Origin: Ostreococcus lucimarinus
Taxonomy: Eukaryota
Assembly: GCA_000092065.1 (NCBI GenBank)
Contig: CP000581.1
Length of the DNA stretch: 64,000 nt
Direction: 5' to 3' (one strand)
Position numbers and translations under genes: made by a program. Under the pieces are notes generated by a model that saw only the letters and a program-made list of their open reading frames with translations, was not told the origin of the DNA and did no database searches. Shown one piece after another: positions 36,734 to 45,996 of this stretch; the first letter of the stretch is position 1, and each line of letters opens with the position of its first letter.

Positions 36734-38632
36734 GTGGCGTCGATCGCGCGCCGCCGCCGGGCGAAAACCCAAACGCTCGAGCGGGCGCGTTCGACCCTGG
36801 ATTTGAAACCACCGCGCGAAACTCGCGAACCTGGCGCCGTCGATCGAACGCGCGTTTTTCGAACCTCGATCGAAACCGGTCGCGTCGACGCCCGCGCGAC
36901 GGCGCGACGGCGCGACACGGCGACGCCGCGCGCGATGGAGACGGACGCGTACGCGACGCCCGAGCGGCGACGCGCGCGGGCGAGCGAACCGTCGACGTCC
37001 GCGGCGCGCGCGCGCGGAAAGACGGGACATCGCGGCGCCGGCGCGTCGCCGAGAGGGCGCGCGGGCGTCAACGGCTCGGAGAGGGACGCGAGGCTCGACG
37101 ACGACAGCGCGGCGCCGATGGACTCGGGGATGGAACTGCGCGCGGAGGACGACGATGATGATCCGTTCATCGCGCAGTTGAGTCAGATCGCGCACGAACC
37201 GCGGGTGCACGTGGGGGAGGAGAACGCGGCGGCGACGGCGTATTGCGCGGGGAGACGGTCGCGAGGAAAGACGTTTAACGATCCCGTGCACGGACACATG
37301 TACTTTAATCCGAAGCTGTGCGATGTGATCGATACGCCGCAAATGCAACGGTTGCGAGAGTTGAAGCAGTTGGGGACGTCGTATTACGTGTTTCCGGGAG
37401 CGGGGCATAACAGGTTCGAGCACTCGTTGGGAACGTGTCACCTGGCGAACACGGTGTTCGAGTCCATCAAGCGCAGCGCGCCCAGGCACGGGTTAGGGCT
37501 GACTGTGGAGGATAAGTTATGCGTGCAACTCGCGGGGCTGTGTCACGACATGGGCCACGGGCCGTTTTCGCACGTGTTCGATAACGAGTTTTTGCCGTTG
37601 AGACACGGTTGGGATCCGAAAGTCGTGGCGCCGTGGAATCACGAGCGCATGGGGGTGGACATGTTTTCTTGGTGCTTAGACGATAACCACATTGATTTAG
37701 AGCCTCAAGTCGTGCGGCGCGTGTGCGATTTCATCACGAGCAACGAGGAAGGAGCGAAGGAGAAGCGATTTTTGTTTGACATCATCGCCAACAAACAAAA
37801 CGGCATCGACGTGGACAAGTTCGAGTACCTGTTGCGAGATTCTTACCAGGCCGGCGTGCGCATGAGCGTGGATACGATGCGATTGACGTCGCACATGAAG
37901 GTGATCGATGACAGGATTTGCTTCAAGTCGAGTGAGGCGAACAACGTGTACGCGTTGTTCCACTCTCGAGCGTCCATGCACCAGAGCGTGTACACGCACA
38001 AAAAGGCCAAGGCGGTGGAATATATGGTGGTCGATGCATTAGTCGAAGCCGACATCGCGTGGAACGGGCGAATTAGCAACTCCATTTGGAGCGTTGAGGA
38101 TTTCATCGCGATGGACGACACGCTGCTCAAACAGATTGAATTTTGTGACGATCCCGCGCTCGCCAAGGCACGAGACATCGTGCGACGCATCCGTCGTCGC
38201 GAGTTGTACCGATTCGTGAATGAATACACCGTGCCCGAGGATCAAGTGGTGGATTTCAAGCCGGTCGAGGCGAAAGACATCACGTCATGCCAAGGAACGA
38301 ACAACATCCCGGGCGGTTTGAAACCAGACGACATCATTGTGCAGTGCCTGAAGATTGATTACGGCCAAAAAGGACACAAAGATCCCGTGGAGAACGTCAG
38401 GTTTTTCCACTACTGGGACGACGAAACCTCGTGCAGCATCGCCAAAGAGCAAATCAGTTCGCTCTTGCCGCGAAATTTCGTCCATCGCGTCGTTCGCGTC
38501 TTCAGTCGCCGCCGCGAACCAGAGTACATCGAAGCCACCGCGCAAGCCTTCTCGAATTTCCAGCGCCGTCAGCTCGGCAAAGAGGCGCAAATCACCCCGG
38601 TGAAGCGCCAGAGATTTTCGAACGATAGCTAA
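36734..38632 (+). CDS. SAMHD1-like HD-domain deoxynucleoside triphosphate triphosphohydrolase
   Basis: [60 protein letters not shown] matches the human SAMHD1 HD core ([56 protein letters not shown]). [12 protein letters not shown] is also present. The first ~170 codons are Arg-rich low complexity, so the true start may be ATG ~36935. Confidence 0.85.
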   Translation: [632 protein letters not shown]

Positions 38633-38707
38633 ATATTCTTGTTTTGATTTGATTTGATACGGTGACTGCGCTCGCTCGACCGCACTCGTCGGCGCGCGTC
38701 CGTCCAG

Positions 38708-40429
38708 ATGGACGTCGACGCGAACGACGCCGCGCGCGCGCTCGCGCGCGCGTCGGCGCCTCACGTGAGCGTCGGATACGTTCTCGTGCTCACCACGCTC
38801 ATGGCGTGCGCGAGCGCGCTCGGCGCCGTCCCGTACATCGCGACGAAAAATCAACGAATTCCAAAGTCTTTCGCCGCGCTCGCCAACGCGTGCGCGTGCG
38901 GCGTCATGCTCGCCGCCTCGTTCGACCTCATACACGAAGGGCAATCGTCCGGCGCGATGAGCGTGGCGGTCGGGGTCGTCGTCGGCGCCGTGCTCATCGC
39001 CAAGGCGCAGACGTGGCTGAGCGCGCGAGACGACGGGCTGAGTTTCTTAGAATTGCGCGGCGCGGACGCGCGAAAGACGCTGATGATCGTGGGGATCATG
39101 GCTGCGCATGCGTTTGGGGAAGGCTGTGGGGTGGGGGTGTCGTTCAGCGGCGCGGGAGGGGCGAGACAGGGAAGGTTGGTGACGCTCGCAATTGGCGCAC
39201 ACAACGTGCCGGAAGGTTTAGCGGTGGCGAACGTGCTGGCGACGAGGGGTGTGAAACCGTGGCAGTGTGCGTGGTGGTGCGTGATGACGAGTCTGCCGCA
39301 ACCGTTGTTGGCGGTGCCGGCGTTCATGTTCGTAGAGACGTTTAAGCCGATGTTGCCGTTTTCGCTCGGATTCGCGGCGGGCTGCATGGTGTGGATCGTC
39401 TTCGCGGAGCTCTTGCCGGACGCTTTAGCGGATTCGAGCGACCCGAAGCACGTTGCGACGATGGTGACACTTAGCGCCGGGGCATTAGAGGTGTTCAGGA
39501 TGATCATGGAGGGGGTTGAGCGTTACGGTGAAGCCGGCAGCGCAGCGCGAGATGGCGCGGCCGTCGCCGCGTCGAGCGCCATGGACGTGGGATTGGCGGC
39601 GGCGGTGTACGCGCCAGTCGGTGTGCTGGCGCTCATTCACGTGTTTCCATCAATGATGTCGTTATCAGGTCTCGGGTCGTCGACAGGCATTGGTATCGCG
39701 GCAAGTACGGCAGGCACGAGTGCCGCGTTTCGGCTGTTGTGGGCTGTTTGGCGCGGCGCCGCGGGAGGCGCCGCATTCGTGTTTGTGGTTTTGGGTGGCT
39801 TCACGAGCGTCTTAGGAGGTATTTTGGCGATGCGTTGGACGAGTAGTCTGTCGAGTCTGCGCGACATGCGCCCGTGGAGCGATATCGACGACGACGACGC
39901 GCAAGACGTTGACATCGAGGGGCGCGTGCTCGCTCGGCGATTCGGCAACGTCTTTTTCACCCAGGAAGCCATCTTGGCGCTCTTGGCTGCCATCGGCTTC
40001 GCCATCGCGGACGGCGCGCATGCGACGTCGGCAGTGGTTTCAAACTCGTGGTATGCGTTGTTACCGGCCCTTATGCGTGCGTTTCTTCGAATCTGCCCTC
40101 TCGTGTTGATAGCGTCTTCAACGGATCGTAGACCACACGTCATCGCCGCCGTCGCCCTTGTCGGTCTCACCTTTGTGGGCTCAGCCATGTTCCTGGGCGT
40201 CAACCATTCGTCGAGTGGGACGTGTATCTTTTTCGATACGCTTGCCGCCGGCATAACGTTGATCTTCGTACACACACTCAAGCCGCTCATCGTGTTTGCC
40301 ATGATGACGAAGGGTGGCGAAATGACGGCGGGAGTATCTCTCGGCGTCGCCGTGACAACCATCTTTGCCGTGTCGTCGTGGGCGTTTTGCGCAGGCACGT
40401 TGTATTGTGATATTTCAAGCAGCATGTAG
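38708..40429 (+). CDS. ZIP-family (GufA/ZupT/ZIP11-like) metal transporter with an additional C-terminal multi-TM half
   Basis: ZIP signatures HAFGEGCGVGVSF and LAIGAHNVPEGLAVA within a ~270-aa, 8-TM domain. A further ~300 aa of about 6 hydrophobic helices follows, containing a degenerate echo of the motif (FAIADGAHATSAVV). Confidence 0.7.
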   Translation: MDVDANDAARALARASAPHVSVGYVLVLTTLMACASALGAVPYIATKNQRIPKSFAALANACACGVMLAASFDLIHEGQSSGAMSVAVGVVVGAVLIAKAQTWLSARDDGLSFLELRGADARKTLMIVGIMAAHAFGEGCGVGVSFSGAGGARQGRLVTLAIGAHNVPEGLAVANVLATRGVKPWQCAWWCVMTSLPQPLLAVPAFMFVETFKPMLPFSLGFAAGCMVWIVFAELLPDALADSSDPKHVATMVTLSAGALEVFRMIMEGVERYGEAGSAARDGAAVAASSAMDVGLAAAVYAPVGVLALIHVFPSMMSLSGLGSSTGIGIAASTAGTSAAFRLLWAVWRGAAGGAAFVFVVLGGFTSVLGGILAMRWTSSLSSLRDMRPWSDIDDDDAQDVDIEGRVLARRFGNVFFTQEAILALLAAIGFAIADGAHATSAVVSNSWYALLPALMRAFLRICPLVLIASSTDRRPHVIAAVALVGLTFVGSAMFLGVNHSSSGTCIFFDTLAAGITLIFVHTLKPLIVFAMMTKGGEMTAGVSLGVAVTTIFAVSSWAFCAGTLYCDISSSM

Positions 40430-40508
40430 TCACGTAGCAATAGCTAGCTAGTATTGTATATCTCTATCGATGGAAAGAGGCTACTAAAGTAAAGTACACT
40501 TTCGTTCG

Positions 40509-42170
40509 TCAAAAGAGCGTCGCCATCGTCGAGCTTACGGCGTCGTACACAAGTGGTTTCGTCATCGGCAGGTACTGTCCCGTGATAATCTTGATCAGCT
40601 CCTGACTCGCGATACCGCCGAGCACAGCTCCGACGGCGTGAATCTGCGAATCGCCGTACCGAGCGATTTCGTACGCGACGTCGTCGGCAAGCTTGTCGTT
40701 CGCCGCGCTGAGTTTGACTTCGCTCGCCTCGAACCAATCCGCCATGAACGCGCGGACGGACTCTCCATCGCGTCGAACGAATTCATCATCATCGCCATCC
40801 ACGGTAGAATCGTCACCCGCGTCACGCACACCTGGGCTTCTCCCGTGTAGCGTCGTGAACTTGTCGGCCGCACGCAATCCGGCGAAGATGCATGCCGACA
40901 TCGCCTTCGACGGGTCTGCGAGCGCTTGGGCTAACATCTCGCTCGTTCCAGCGGCTGGCGACGGAAACAGCTCGTCCTCCATAGACCTCCACGTCACGAA
41001 TCGCACGTGTCGACAGTTTTTGCAGAAGATTTTGGCGTCGCGCTCGGGAATGAACTCTTCGGGATGCGGCGCGCCGACGTCGCGAGCGAACGCCTTGGCG
41101 CTCTCCCACACGCACGCGGCGTCTCTAGCCGCCTTGTCCGAGTACAAACGCTGCAACTCGACGTACGATTCCGTCGTGCTGGTCATATCTGGAATGCTTC
41201 CTTCCAAAGGCAAGCACCCCTCGCGATCGACGAACTCGCGCAACGCCGCGGCGAGAAACCAAAACTTGTCGCTCTCCAAAGTCAACGCGCGCGCGCGTTC
41301 GTCGCGAATGATTTCTTCCACCTCCTTCGTCACCGCCCCCGTATCGGTCCACGCGTACCGCACGTTCGCTATCGCCTCATCGAAATTCTCCTCGTCCATC
41401 CCCCGCCTCATGGACGTCAACGCATCCTTCACCGACCGCCGATCCCGCGTTCCGCACGCCGCCGCCGCGTGCGCGAGCAGCGCCACGAACGGCACGTGCT
41501 TAAACGCCGCCCCATCCAACCGATCCAAATCGCTCGTTTTCATCTCCACATACGCCCCCAACTCCCCCCACGGCTTATCCAACCGCAAATCCCACGCCGT
41601 CGACCCCTCCGGCGCGACGTTCTCCGTCGCCCATCGTTCGCTCGCGCTCGTCCGCGCTTCGCCGAACAATCCTCTCGCCCGCGTCGTCACCAGCACCGTC
41701 CCACTCTCCGCGCACGCCCGCGCCAGCGCTCTGTGATCGTGATCGCTCAATCCTCCGCCTCCCGCGACGACCGCGTCGTACCGTTCGTACCGTTCCTTCC
41801 CCCCGTTCGCCGTCGCTCGCGCGTTCGCCGTCGTCGCCGCGCCGTCGACGCCCGGATTCAGCGCCGCCAGTCTCTCCACCACCGTCTCCACCATCGTCTT
41901 CCCGCCTCGTTCGCGCGCGCCGCGCTCGACGTCTTCGCACGTCAATTCGAACGTCTCGCCCGCGCTTCGAGCGCCGCGACGCCACGCGCCGTCGTCGACC
42001 AACTCGAACGCGCGAATGCCACCGAGGATGAGATTCTTCATCGTCTCGCACGTCGCCGGCGACGCGCCGAGCGCGAGGACGCGGCATCGCGCGAGTCGAC
42101 GCTGGCCCTCGGCGCCCCACAGGCGGAGCTGGCGGTCGTAGCGCGCGTCCGCGGGCGCGGGCGACGCCAT
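40509..42170 (-). CDS. ULA1: NEDD8-activating enzyme E1 regulatory subunit (APPBP1/ULA1/AXR1)
   Basis: YDRQLRLWGAEGQ; LRLDKPWGEL (cf. LRLDKPFPEL); FWFLAAALREFVDREG...GSIPDM (cf. FWILARALKEFVAKEG...GTIPDM); C-terminal HAVGAVLGGIASQELIKIITGQY (cf. [20 protein letters not shown]). Start taken at ATG 42170 (MASPAPADARYD). The track ORF continues upstream only as Arg-rich antisense of ctpA. Confidence 0.85.
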   Translation of the reverse strand: MASPAPADARYDRQLRLWGAEGQRRLARCRVLALGASPATCETMKNLILGGIRAFELVDDGAWRRGARSAGETFELTCEDVERGARERGGKTMVETVVERLAALNPGVDGAATTANARATANGGKERYERYDAVVAGGGGLSDHDHRALARACAESGTVLVTTRARGLFGEARTSASERWATENVAPEGSTAWDLRLDKPWGELGAYVEMKTSDLDRLDGAAFKHVPFVALLAHAAAACGTRDRRSVKDALTSMRRGMDEENFDEAIANVRYAWTDTGAVTKEVEEIIRDERARALTLESDKFWFLAAALREFVDREGCLPLEGSIPDMTSTTESYVELQRLYSDKAARDAACVWESAKAFARDVGAPHPEEFIPERDAKIFCKNCRHVRFVTWRSMEDELFPSPAAGTSEMLAQALADPSKAMSACIFAGLRAADKFTTLHGRSPGVRDAGDDSTVDGDDDEFVRRDGESVRAFMADWFEASEVKLSAANDKLADDVAYEIARYGDSQIHAVGAVLGGIASQELIKIITGQYLPMTKPLVYDAVSSTMATLF

Positions 42171-42215
42171 CCGTCGCTCGCGGGCGTGTGCGGGACATCG
42201 CGACGCGCGCGCGCG

Positions 42216-43565
42216 ATGTCGACGGCGCGCGCGCGAACGCCGACGGCGCGCGCGGACGCGACGACGCGACGCCGTTCGCGCGACGTCGGCGCCCGCGCGA
42301 CGTCGCCGCGCGCGCCGACGCGCGACGACGGCGCGACGGCGCGACGCGACGCGCGAGGCCGCGACGCGATCGCGACCGCGCTCGCGGCGCTCGCGATGCA
42401 CGCCGCGGCGGCGACGCGCGCGAGCGCGATCACGGAGAATCAGATGCTGTACCTGGAGGCGTGGCGCGCGGTGGACAAGGCGTACGTCGATAAGACGTTC
42501 AACGGGAACAATTGGTTTAAACTGCGCGAACGAGGATTGAAGACGGCGGATTTGGACGACACGGAGGCGACGTACGGGACGATACGAGAGATGCTCGGGA
42601 AACTCGGGGATCCGTTCACGCAATTTTTGGAGCCGGAAAAGTACGCGAGCGTGACGGATCGAACGATGAAGGCGGACGTGAGCGGGGTGGGCGTGGAGAT
42701 GGGATTCGGCGACGACGCGAAGGTCGTGGTGGTCGCGCCGACGCCGGGAGGGCCGTCGGCGGAGGCTGGGGTGAAGGCGAAGGATTTTATCGTCGCCGTG
42801 GACGGCGCGGCGACGCGCGGGAAGAGTTTGTACGAAGTCGCGGACGAATTGCAAGGGCCGCAGGGGAGCAAGGTGACGCTGACGCTCGAACGGGATGGGA
42901 AGACTCGAGACGTCGCGGTGCAGCGAAAACGATACACCGTGGTGCCGGTGACGTCGGCGACGTGCGAGGTGAAGGGAGACAAGAAAATTGGTTACGTGAA
43001 ATTGTCGGCGTTTAATCAAGTCTCAGGGGCGAAGACGAAGGAGGCGCTCGCGGCGCTGAAAGCCGACGGCGTCGACGTGTTCGTGCTCGATCTGCGCGAC
43101 AACGTCGGTGGGCTGTTTCCCGGTGCTTTGGAAATCGCCAAAGCGTTCATGAATGAAGGCACGATCGTGTACATCGCCGACTCCAACGGCGAGCGCGACG
43201 TCTTCCAGGCGGATCGAACGGCGTTGGACGCCGCGACGCCGCTCAAGCTCCTCGTGAATAAAGGCACGGCGAGCGCGTCCGAGGTCTTGAGCGGCGCTTT
43301 ACAAGACAACAAGCGCGCCATCGTGCTCGGCGAGCAAACGTTCGGTAAAGGCTTGATTCAAACGCTCGTCCCGCTCTCCGACGGTTCGGCGGTGAGCGTC
43401 ACCGTGGCGCAGTATCGCACGCCAAACGGCACCGACATCAACAAGATAGGCATCACTCCGGACGCCCCGCTACCGCTCGACGCATCAGGCGCCGACATCG
43501 TGCCGTCGAACGCCGCTGATTTTTGCGCCTACGCTCGAGAGGCGCCAGAGTTATTCATTTCTTAA
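42216..43565 (+). CDS. CTPA: C-terminal processing protease (S41 family, CtpA; photosystem II D1 processing) with a bipartite-looking presequence
   Basis: PDZ segment GVGVEMGF...PAEAGV..GD.IVAVDG. The S41 catalytic region LDLRDNVGG...VLVNKGTASASEVLSGALQDNKRAIVLGEQTFGKG carries the Ser/Lys dyad. The N-terminus is Arg/Thr-rich, followed by a hydrophobic AIATALAALAMHAAAATRASA stretch typical of lumen targeting. Confidence 0.85.
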   Translation: MSTARARTPTARADATTRRRSRDVGARATSPRAPTRDDGATARRDARGRDAIATALAALAMHAAAATRASAITENQMLYLEAWRAVDKAYVDKTFNGNNWFKLRERGLKTADLDDTEATYGTIREMLGKLGDPFTQFLEPEKYASVTDRTMKADVSGVGVEMGFGDDAKVVVVAPTPGGPSAEAGVKAKDFIVAVDGAATRGKSLYEVADELQGPQGSKVTLTLERDGKTRDVAVQRKRYTVVPVTSATCEVKGDKKIGYVKLSAFNQVSGAKTKEALAALKADGVDVFVLDLRDNVGGLFPGALEIAKAFMNEGTIVYIADSNGERDVFQADRTALDAATPLKLLVNKGTASASEVLSGALQDNKRAIVLGEQTFGKGLIQTLVPLSDGSAVSVTVAQYRTPNGTDINKIGITPDAPLPLDASGADIVPSNAADFCAYAREAPELFIS

Positions 43566-43662
43566 GGCGACATCCGCGCGAATTTCATCGCCCGCTCGCT
43601 CGCCGCGTCGTCGCAATAAAACCACCAGAGCCGCACACGGTGACGCGCCGCCGCGCGCCGCG

Positions 43663-44271
43663 ATGGCCGCGCGCGCGCTCGCGCGCGCGATCGCGACGCG
43701 AAAAGGCGCGTCGCGCCTCGCGTCGCGCGCCGCGTCGACGACGGCGTCGGCGCCGGTGAAGCTGTACCGCGGTCCGCAGATGCGGCTCTTTCGCGTCCTC
43801 GTTCGGTTCAAAATCGCGCAGCTGGGCGCGATCGGCGCGCTCGCGACGCCCGCGCTCGCGGCGACGGCGGACGCGACCGCGGCGCCGTCGCTCGTCGCCG
43901 CCGCGGTCGCCGCGGGACTGGGATCGGCGGCGTGCGGCGCGGCGACGCAGTACTACGCGTCGCGGTACGTCGGCGAGCTCGCGTTGACGCGCGACGGACG
44001 CGCGCTGCGCGTCAGCACGATGGATTTCTGGGGAAATCGCGTCGACGAAGACTTCGACGTCGCGACGCGCGTGACACCGCCGCTCGCGGGGCTGACGCGC
44101 GAGGATTTAGACGCGCTCGCGTCGCGCGCCTTCGTCCCGCTCGACGTCGTCGGCGCGAGGCAGTTCGTCGTGTCGCTGCGACACGGCGAGCTCGTCGATC
44201 GCGAGAGATTATTCGACGTCTTGAGCGGCGGCGCGGCGCGCGGGTCCGAGGCGCCGCGCGCGTCGTCGTAG
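43663..44271 (+). CDS. hypothetical protein; presequence-like N-terminus plus two hydrophobic helices
   Basis: 202-aa ORF. MAARALARAIATRKGASRLASRAAS (mitochondrial/plastid-presequence-like), then IAQLGAIGALATPALAA and LVAAAVAAGLGSAACGAA. No family recognised. Confidence 0.35.
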   Translation: MAARALARAIATRKGASRLASRAASTTASAPVKLYRGPQMRLFRVLVRFKIAQLGAIGALATPALAATADATAAPSLVAAAVAAGLGSAACGAATQYYASRYVGELALTRDGRALRVSTMDFWGNRVDEDFDVATRVTPPLAGLTREDLDALASRAFVPLDVVGARQFVVSLRHGELVDRERLFDVLSGGAARGSEAPRASS

Positions 44272-44328
44272 TCCGTGCGTGTAGATTATGTGTAGCCACT
44301 TTGCGTCGTTCGCTCGAGCCGCACATCG

Positions 44329-45927
44329 ATGCGCGCCGTCGCCCGCGCCGTCGCGCGCGTCGCGCGAACCGCGACGCGCGGGCGGCGCGCGCGCGCGATG
44401 CCCGCGCGCGCGGACGCGTCGGCGCGTCATCGCGCGTGCGAGCGATGCCGCGGCGAGGGCGCGACGTTCGCGCTGTCGAGAGCGCAAAAAAAGCGGCGGC
44501 GACTCGAGCGGGACGACGGCGCGGCGACGCGGGAGGCGCCGGAGAAGCGCGTCGAGTGCGCGGCGTGCGAGGGCGCGGGCGTCGTCGAGGGCGCGGCGAC
44601 GGCGAACGGCGCGGCGGCGCGCGTGGCGATCGTGGGCGGGGGGGTGGGGGGCGCGGCGTTGGCGTTGGCGTTGACGCAGCGCGGCGCGCGCGCGACGGTG
44701 TACGAACGAGACGAGCGCTTCGAGGCGCGAAAACAAGGGTACGGGTTGACGATGCAAAAGTATAGCGGTGGTGCGGCGCTGCGAGCGCTCGGATTGGCGT
44801 TGCGAGGCGTGGGGAGCGACGCGCACGTGAGCATGGACGCGAACGGGCGCGTGTTGGGCGAATACGGACACAGCGCTCGACGACGCGTCGGCGGCGAGGA
44901 GGACGCGGACCAAGGCGCGCGCGATGGTGGTGCCGTCGCGGAGGCGGTGAGCGATGAGAAGAGGAACGTGCACTTGCCGAGGCAAAAGTTGCGACAGTCG
45001 CTGCTGGACGCGCTCGAGCCCGGCGTCGTGCGATGGGGGAAAAGGTTGGAGCGGTACGAGGAGACTGAGGACGGCGTGACGTTGCGCTTCGACGACGGAA
45101 CGAGCGAGGAGGCGGGCATTTTGGTAGGCGCGGATGGAATTTTCTCTCGCGTGCGCGCGCAGAAGCTCGGAGATGATCCGCTATCGTATTTGGGCGTGCT
45201 CGTCGTGTTGGGCATTTGTCGCGGCGTGGACGCTCCGTTGTGTAGAAATAAGGTGTTTCAAGTCGTCGATGGCGAGAATAGAATGTACGCCATGCCGTTC
45301 ACGGCGTCGCCCGATGGTGACGGTTGTATTCGACCGCTGGACGAGCAGTACGAGGGTGAAGATGAACCAGGAGCGATGATGTGGCAGCTATCGTTTCCCG
45401 TCGACGAGGATCGAGCTCGAGCGCTCGCGACTGACTCGGAGGCGTTGTGGAACGAAGCGCTGCGCAGATGTGCGTCTTGGCCAGATCCCGTTCCGAGACT
45501 GCTCAATCAAACTCGGAAAGAAGACATGGCTGGCTACCCCGCGTACGACCGCGATATGACGCCTGCGGAGGTGTTGAGAGGCAAAGTCACGTCTCGCGTG
45601 ACGCTCATCGGCGACGCTGCGCACCCGATGTCTCCATTCAAGGGTCAAGGCGCGAATCAGGCCCTCGTAGACGCCGTGCAACTGGCGAGATGTATCGTTC
45701 GATCACCGCAGTACATGCTTCCGGGACAGCGACGACACGGGTGCGTGTTTCCGTTCGAGAGCACGCACGAGGCGCTCGCGGCGGCGGAGCGAGCGATGTT
45801 GGCTCGAGCGAGGGGCAAAGTGGAAAAATCGCGCGATGCGGCCAAGTACTTGCACTCCAGCGCAGCGTTGGCTGAAGGTAACTGCGTGCGAGCGCATGCC
45901 GCTGAGGCGTTCGCGAGCGAGGAATAA
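44329..45927 (+). CDS. FAD-dependent monooxygenase (salicylate hydroxylase/ZEP-like flavin hydroxylase family)
   Basis: FAD-binding GxGxxG (VAIVGGGVGGAALALAL..ATVYER), the DG motif (LVGADGIFSRVR) and the GD motif (LIGDAAHPMSPFKGQGANQALVDA). The N-terminal ~90 aa has two CxxCxGxG motifs (CERCRGEG, CAACEGAG). Confidence 0.8.
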   Translation: MRAVARAVARVARTATRGRRARAMPARADASARHRACERCRGEGATFALSRAQKKRRRLERDDGAATREAPEKRVECAACEGAGVVEGAATANGAAARVAIVGGGVGGAALALALTQRGARATVYERDERFEARKQGYGLTMQKYSGGAALRALGLALRGVGSDAHVSMDANGRVLGEYGHSARRRVGGEEDADQGARDGGAVAEAVSDEKRNVHLPRQKLRQSLLDALEPGVVRWGKRLERYEETEDGVTLRFDDGTSEEAGILVGADGIFSRVRAQKLGDDPLSYLGVLVVLGICRGVDAPLCRNKVFQVVDGENRMYAMPFTASPDGDGCIRPLDEQYEGEDEPGAMMWQLSFPVDEDRARALATDSEALWNEALRRCASWPDPVPRLLNQTRKEDMAGYPAYDRDMTPAEVLRGKVTSRVTLIGDAAHPMSPFKGQGANQALVDAVQLARCIVRSPQYMLPGQRRHGCVFPFESTHEALAAAERAMLARARGKVEKSRDAAKYLHSSAALAEGNCVRAHAAEAFASEE

Positions 45928-45996
45928 ATGCGTAGTTGCGTTGTAAAATAAATACTGTATTCATCAAACAAGAGGTACAACGGTTTGTTCGGATTT

